A DNA stretch of 64,000 bases from Eledone cirrhosa (Eukaryota), in the NCBI GenBank assembly GCA_964016885.1, contig OZ024758.1:8122001-8186000 (forward strand). The letters are read 5' to 3'. The stretch's first letter is position 1; every line of letters starts with the position of its first letter. The notes beneath the pieces were generated by a model, which had not been told where the DNA came from, made no database searches, and saw only the letters and a program-made list of their open reading frames with translations. Made by a program: the position numbers and the translations under genes. Positions 37,969 to 64,000 of the stretch are shown one piece after another.

Positions 37969-38033
37969 AATAAAACTAAACTTTTATAAAGTAACTAAAG
38001 AACATTGCTGATGTATTTTTGAAGTTCAATAAA
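37969..38033 (+). promoter_or_regulatory. Candidate NUP188 polyadenylation signals (AATAAA at 37969 and 38028)
   Basis: Two AATAAA hexamers within 110 nt of the stop; T-rich sequence follows the second. Confidence 0.55.
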
Positions 38034-38264
38034 TTAATCATTTTACTACTTTGTTAATTTTAGTAATCACACCCTTAAGCTGATGAAATGTGTTGGGACA
38101 AAAGTATAAACTAGCTAGACATGAGGTGAGTGAATTAGACTTTATAAACTCTGAAATAGAAGCTAATTAATTAAAGAAGGTGTTCAAATATTAGAAACAT
38201 TTACATTACACAGCTATAAATCAGTAGCAAAAAAAAAGCAGAAAATGTTTAGACAACGTTGGTC

Positions 38265-38270
38265 TTTATT
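38265..38270 (-). promoter_or_regulatory. Candidate distal GPR107 polyadenylation signal
   Basis: TTTATT on + is AATAAA on -, followed on - by a U-rich tract (A run near 38229-38237). Confidence 0.45.
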
Positions 38271-38657
38271 TAATCTGTACAAAATGTCAATGCATTTGTT
38301 GTTAAGATGGACACATGCCATTTCCAAAAAGGAAAACAGGTTTTTTTTTGTTTTTTTTTTTATAATTCCAGACAAGAATATAATTGATAGTACCAGTCAC
38401 ATCACAGCTTGCTGTTAGTAGAAGACTAGTGGCTGCTGGAATCAATAGGAATGAAAGATTTCATTTGAAATAAATGGTTTATAAAGACAGCTTATTCAAT
38501 ACCTTGACAATCACAGTTGGTGCTCAATAGAGAGTTCTCAGTCGAATACAGTATTTAAGAACCATCACCTTCCATATCAATAAGATATTGACATCTGCCA
38601 TCACATTTTCCCCCTTTCACACTGTTATATGTTATAAGGGAATTTAAATTATCTTTA

Positions 38658-38682
38658 CCCCCCCCCCCCCCCCCCCCCCCCC
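38658..38682. repeat. C25 homopolymer
   Basis: Read directly from sequence. Confidence 0.95.
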
Positions 38683-40544
38683 GCACTACCACCACACCAT
38701 TAATGTTTTCAAAGACTGACATAAAAAATAACCTACACCTGAGAAATTTAAAAATTGAACCATGATTGGTGTATTAACCAAACATAGTTCAACTCCCTCC
38801 TCTCATTATGAATGCTGCTGCTGCTTAATATTTGCTTAGAAGGAGGGGGGTGTATAAAAGAATCACAGTTTATCATTCCCATTAACAATATACATCGTTT
38901 GTGCAGGAAGCAGGCATATTAAAAAGCTTCATTCATACAAAAATTGGTCCCTAGACAGAAAACGGCATTCTGGTGATAGTTTGATAAAGTGAAATCTTTG
39001 CCCTTCATATAAAATGTTTAAAAAAAAAAATAAATAATAAATAGAAGCTTAGAGGAAACCAAACCATGAAAACTGAGTTTAAAAAATGAGAAACTCAACC
39101 ATTTTTCCCTTTCTTTCAAAGCAATATTTGTTCATAGTTTTAATGTTTATTAAGAACCACTTTCAGCAAGAGATGAACAGGAAAATAGTCTATGGGTCAT
39201 CAACTAGAATTTTGACAGGATGTTTAGCCAGACATCATTTACGTTGAGGTTTCTGAGAAAAAAATATCAGGACTCTTCGGGATTGTTTATGCAGAGTAAA
39301 GCTTTCAATTTAATCCCAATTATGAACCAATCAATGTTAATTAAATAACTAATTGTGGCTTGAATCTTTCTTAAATAAATACTGGCAATATTTTATGAAA
39401 ATAATCTGATATTTTTTTAGGTGGGAGGGGAAAGTGGGTAGAGCAATAAACATAAGGGACTAAAATAAAAGTAAGGATGGCCAAGAAAAGCAATGAAGGT
39501 TTCCTGGAGGCTGCCAGTGTTACCATAATATGATTGGGGTTTATCAGCGGAACATCCATAAAAATATGACAAACCACCAGTTGACATGTTGTGTGTTAAT
39601 AAGCTATTTTTGTTTTAAAAAAAAAATTGGTGCAACATTTGAGAAAAAAATAAAAATGATTACTTAAAAACCTGTATTTGCTACAATAAAAGATCTTAAA
39701 TATATCAAGTAGCCAAATGATGTTGAAACATGATCTTCCAATAATACATTGAAAATTAAATTAGAATGCCTCTTGAAAGAACAAGATAAAGTTGAATTAA
39801 TATGACAAAGAAAGAACTCATTTGTTTCAAGATATGGTCAATAGAATTCTTAACCCTTTTGTTACCAACCCGGCCAAAATTGGCTCTGGTTCTATGAAAT
39901 AAAGTCAACCATTTTAAAGGTTTCCAACATAATTTTATATAAGTATCTTAAATAATGAAATAATTAATAATCTAAATAAATCCCTTGAACTTCGTCATTA
40001 ATTAATTAAAATAGAATGTATTTCATTAGAAATATGGTGCTGAAAGGGTTAAAACTCTTACACTGTCTTCAACTCAACTGACCTTGAAATCTCGAATCTG
40101 CTAGCCTCTATATTTTGAAATAAATATCTGTAAATTTGTGTTAGTGAGTGCTGTAATAACCTATAAAATATTAACAAAATCTTGTTTCTAACAGGTGATA
40201 ATAGACCTCAGTTTTGCAGAAATTAGCATATACAGTAAGGAATACAGCTTGCAGTGATAAACAACATTGCACACATTCAAAGACTCACTGAAACAATCTT
40301 CATAAACAATATATTCCCATTCAGTATCATCATCATTAGTATGTTCTTCAACTGACCATAGTTCTCCATGTGTGAGAGATGGTGGTCAAAGTCCTATATC
40401 TGACAAAACAAATTGGTCCTGGAATTAATAATTAAATAATACTCATTTTTCAGAAGATGTGTAGAATTTACAATTGATTTAGGTTCAGTTCTTTTTTTAT
40501 AGTTTATTTACAGTTTTCCAGCTCTCACTAAAGTCTGAGTGACT

Positions 40545-59607
<19,063 letters not shown>

Positions 59608-60065
59608 CTAGAAACAAAACAAAGAACAGATATTAAGCTATAAAGATGGATTAGTCATGAATTCTTACAAAACCACAGCTGTTAAATAAGCAATTAGATA
59701 TATTTGCAGGCTTGTAATTATATAACAATATATTCTGCAGTATGTAAGTTCAATTCCCAGACTGGGCAATGTGTTGTGTCCTTTAGCAAGACACTTTATT
59801 TCATGTTGCTCCAATTCACTCAGCTTAGAAATGAGTTGCAACGTCACTGGTGCCAAGCTGTATCAGCATTACCTCTCTCTTGGACAACATATGTGCTGTG
59901 GAGAGGGGAGATTGGTACGCATGAGTGACTGTTGGTTTTCCACAAAAAGCATCTTGCCCAGACTTGTGCCTCAGAAGGGAAACTTTCTAGGTGTAAATTC
60001 CATGGTCATTCATGACCAAAGGGAGTCTTTTACATTCTGCAGTGTAAAGGTTAACAAACATTATT

Positions 60066-60266
60066 TACTGTATATATTCGAATATAAGTTATATTGACAA
60101 GGAGGGATGATAACTGGAGTTTATAAGCCAAAGCTTATATTCACCATCTAAACATAAAATGTTGATTAGCTACCTCAGCTTATAAACAGGGTTTGTATTT
60201 TGACCCATTTCTCATACATGAAATATAGGGTGATGGGGGTCAGCTTATATTTGAGTATATCTGGTA
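60066..60266. mobile_element. Tc2/pogo-like MITE; relatives at ~6220-6410, ~23113, ~31204-31730, ~35580-35755, ~43295-43675
   Basis: TA-C(C/T)GTATATA.TCGAATATAAG...CTTATATTTGAGTATAT..GG-TA TIRs. Confidence 0.7.
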
Positions 60267-61131
60267 AATAAAATCTCAATCAAAATCTCAGTATAATATA
60301 AATATCATGAGATTTCAGTTGGTCAACACTAGAATATACCATGGAAGCTTCTATCTAGTTGCACTAACTGCTGGAAATAGAAGCTAAATTTTCATGAAAC
60401 CACACCATACCAACTTGAATTTAAATAAAGAAGGGACACATTCCATAACCTAATTCTAAACATCCCTAAAAAAGTATGAGGTGTTCTTCAGAGTTAGAAT
60501 GTGCTTTATCATAGTTCTGTTCGATAAGGGCTGACCTAAGATAACAATCAAATAGTTTACTAAACCCCTCAAAAATGTTGATTTTATTAAAAATTCATTT
60601 CAGAAAAATTATATCTTCCATGGTTGACTAATGACCAAGTAAAACATACACTTCATATATTTTAAATGACACTGATTGAAAAGAAAGCTAACCATCTGTT
60701 ACAGATCAATAAATCTATAATTCTGAAACATGCCTCCACCCATTTTTAATATGTGCGTGTCTTTAGTAAATCTGTAAGAAAGAAAGATACAAAAAGAATG
60801 AAAAAACCATCAACTGCAGTAAAATTTTAGACAAATAAAAACTAAAAGGTTGAATAAGACATATCATTATACATCTATTTTCCATCCTAACATGGGTTAG
60901 ACAAGTTGTCCTATATATATATATTTGTTTAAATTTGCTGATTTACCACTGGGTAGAATTGGTCATTCTGCAATGTTAACCATGATGTAATATGAGAAAA
61001 GCACTCAACATTATGCAACTCATCCATCTTCAATGTTGAATCATGGTGGTGCGGAACGGAGTAACTGTATTATAAAGTGAAATAACAGGAGGCCAAATGT
61101 GTTGAATTTCCTTAATTATTTATTACTGTAA

Positions 61132-61189
61132 ACACTATGCACATTTCTGTGGCCAGGTTACGTAAGAACCAGGTGACCTCATCAGGTGT
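61132..61189 (-). ncRNA. Type I hammerhead-like motif within a probable Penelope pLTR remnant
   Basis: ACAC-CUGAUGA-GGUCA...UGGCC-aca-GAAA-UGUGCA-UA-GUGU, then AAUAAA. Confidence 0.6.
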
Positions 61190-61539
61190 AAATTGAGTAA
61201 TAGATGTATACCAACGAAATTATGGTTAGCTTTAAGGAAACAAGCAAAGAGAAGTAAAGAGGAAAAAGTGTATGTTATGCTTTTGACCCAGAGACAGAGG
61301 TAGTAACATGCTGCTACATTGCTCACCCTCCTGTGAGGCATATCCGAGGAACTTTCGATTCCAGAGTCAGGTTCGATCAATAATGGATCGTTCCTCAAGC
61401 TGATCGACAGTGAAACATATGTAATATTGTTTCTACTTTTGGCACAAGGCCAGTGAAGCATATGTAATATGTTATTAAATATGTTATGATGCAACACTGA
61501 CTCTTTGTTCCTTTTTTCTTATACTATTATACTCTGCTC

Positions 61540-61775
61540 TGCATGAGCATCGAGTGCTCACCCCGCATACTGCCTCTAGACGCAGGTAGGTTTAATTTTG
61601 TACAAAAGGGAAGGTGGGTCTTCTGTATTACTGCATAGCGCCAAAGGTCTCAATCCAGTGACATAGTCTTAGAGAGGTGTAAGTGTTCAAGGTCAGATTT
61701 TATCATGTCATACCAGGTTTTTCTGGGTCTACCTACTCCATAGCTTCGATCAATTTTGATTGCCCTGCACTTTTA
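61540..61775 (-). mobile_element. RTE-type LINE 3' fragment with a different UTR
   Basis: Homologous to 47600-47765. Confidence 0.75.
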
Positions 61776-61794
61776 CCATATATATATATATATG

Positions 61795-62585
61795 AAGTTC
61801 AGCTGAAAGTACAGTAACCAGGGTAAGAACGGGATGGAAGAAGTTCAGGGAGCTACTACCACTACTAGATGCAAAAGGCTTTTCCCTCAAAATGAAAGGC
61901 AGACTACGATGTATGCATACGAACAGCAATGTTACACGGTAGTGAGACCTGGGCGTTGTGTGTAGAAGACTTGCGTAGATTAGAATGAAACGAAGCTTGC
62001 ATGCTCCGATGGATGTGTAATAGTAATATACGTAAACGGCAAAGCATAAACGAATTGAGAGAGAGACTGAGCATAAGAGGAATCAAATGCCATGTACAGG
62101 AGAGGAGGTTGCGTTGGTATGGACATGTGATGTGTATGAAGGATGACAGCTGCATAAAAAGGTGCAGAGCACTAAAAGTCGATGGAAGCCATGGAGTGGG
62201 GAGACCCAAGAAGACCTGGGATGAGGTGATAAAAGCAGACCTTGCCCAATTGCACCTCTCAAAGGCAATGAGACAGGACCTTGACTTCTGGCGTCACACA
62301 GTAATACAGAAGACCCGACTTCCCACAGGAACAAGCTGAAGCCTTTAGATGATATGCCCTCCCACTGCAAAGAAGTCGTGGACGTATCATGACAAAAAGG
62401 TGGCCAGCACTCACTGTAAATGAGGTTGGTGTTAGGAAGGGCATCGAGCTGTAGAAATCGAGCCAAAATCAGTTCCCGTATGAGCAAGACAAGCTCACCC
62501 GACTTGACATTGCTCACAACAGGACAACCCATCTAACCCATGCTAGCATGGAAGAATGGACGTAAAACGATGATGATGATGATAT
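61795..62585 (+). mobile_element. RTE-type LINE 3' end with UTR and (GAT)n tail
   Basis: GWKKFRELLPLL...MLHGSETW...RLRWYGHV...GRPKKTWDEV. Confidence 0.9.
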
Positions 62586-63548
62586 ATATACATATATATA
62601 CCATATATAACAGAAGGTGTGGTAAGATACCAGGTGGACGATAACCCATCAGAGTACTCAATACTTAGGATAGTAAAGTGGGTAATAGGGAAAGGGTCAG
62701 GACCCTGACAGCTGAGCTCCAGCCGTTTCGACAGCTAGATTCGAACTAACCAGGTTTTTTTAGTTCGGATCTTGCTGTGGAAACGGCAGAGAAGAAGAAT
62801 AATAAGACGGCACAGAAGAGAAAGAGAGATAAGAAGATTATTATTGTGGTGAGTGACCTAGGTGTAATAAATCTTCAATGACAACAAGATGTCTTAATAG
62901 ACGGCGGTTAAGTACCAGGTTGATGTAAAAGATAAAATAAAATAAACTAATAAAGTAGACTTTTACTTGAGTGCTCCAATTCCCATATAGTGAAAACATT
63001 GATATATATATATATATATATATATATAATGGCAAGCTGTGTGGTTGCAATTAAGTATAATGAAAAATAAAAGTTACGGGCAAAAGAGAGGAATATCCAT
63101 CGTCAGTTGTCTGCTAGGAATCATAGGTATTTCTTCGCGTTAGAGACAAGATACCTCAGCCTAGGGCGAACAATAACTAAAATAAGTTATTGGGATAAAA
63201 GAAGGGGGGGGGGGGGGCATGTAGACAGACAGACACGAAGGGTGAAGCAACGTAAAGAGAGGAAAAATAGGAAAAATATCAAGTCAACAACTCATTTCGA
63301 ACGTAAGAACTGGCGAATTTTGACGAGAGAGAAAAAAGACACGTCTTAGCTGTAGCAGTGTTAGTGAGAGAAGAGGCTGCGTACAGTGGCGGACGAGGGA
63401 GGGAGTGAGCTAGTGGAGAGAGGATGACTAGCAGAGAGGGAGTGAGTGAAAGTAAGAGGAAGCGAGAAAGAGATAGTTATAGTGGCAGGGTAGCCGAGAG
63501 AAGGTGAGCGAAAGTAAGAGGGAGAAGGAGAGAGAAGGGGGAGAGAGA

Positions 63549-64000
63549 GCATAGAGAAGTTCCCATTGGCACCCAGTCTTAAACTCCTCTGTTATGACTT
63601 GGAGGACTATAATGAACAAGAGTGGGCTGAGGACCGAACCCTGATGTATCTGGAATTCCTCACTAAACTCCATTCCTATTCTCACTTTACTGACAGCACC
63701 CCTGTACATAGCTTGCACTGTCCTCACAAGCCATTCCTCTACACCTAGTTTCCTTAGGGACCACCAGATGACAGATCGGGATACCCTATCAAAAGCCTTC
63801 TCTAGGTCAACAAAAGCTAAGTATACTGGCTTATTCTTCTCTAAGAACCTCTCTTGTAGTTGCCTCACTAAGAAGAGAGCATCTGTTGTACTTTAACCAA
63901 ACTGCATCTCATCTAATTTGACCCTTTCTCTAATCAGTTGCGCTAATATTCTCTCTGCCACTTTCATAACCTGATCCATCAGTTTTATGCCCCTATAATT
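63549..64000 (-). mobile_element. RTE-type LINE reverse transcriptase fragment
   Basis: AFVDLEKAFDRV...HQGSVLSPLLF...WELLYA. Confidence 0.9.

Noticed and set aside
38068-38128. CTGATGA...AAACTAGCTAGAC hammerhead-like string after the NUP188 poly(A) signals
   Set aside because: Stem II pairs poorly and both GAAA and GUC are altered; compatible with chance.
61135-61497. 120-aa ORF as the GPR107 signal-peptide exon
   Set aside because: It lacks the expected G/ARIH.L motif, has only a weak donor, and overlaps a hammerhead/pLTR-like remnant and a SINE end.

Overview
AT-rich, microsatellite- and transposon-dense animal genomic DNA. The SINE/LINE content suggests an octopod cephalopod (inference). 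Two convergent multi-exon genes fill the window. On + is the 3' two-thirds of nucleoporin NUP188: 29 GT-AG exons from 3647 to the stop at 37926, about 1108 aa, all splice phases consistent. On - is GPR107/GPR108 (GOST/LUSTR 7TM family): 14 exons from 59607 to the stop at 40545, about 562 aa; the signal-peptide exon was not found. The introns hold tRNA-derived SINEs, RTE, CR1 and RLE-type LINE remnants, piggyBac-, mariner-, Tc2- and hAT-like MITEs, non-autonomous Helitrons and many minisatellites, several of them grown from transposon pieces. The least expected signal is a set of minimal type I hammerhead-ribozyme motifs of the Penelope pLTR kind (10255, 23415, 43714, 54977, 61132), together with long fold-back elements, most of them next to TA tracts. 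All folds and alignments were done by eye and need computational confirmation. Most ORFs in the supplied track are microsatellite artefacts.
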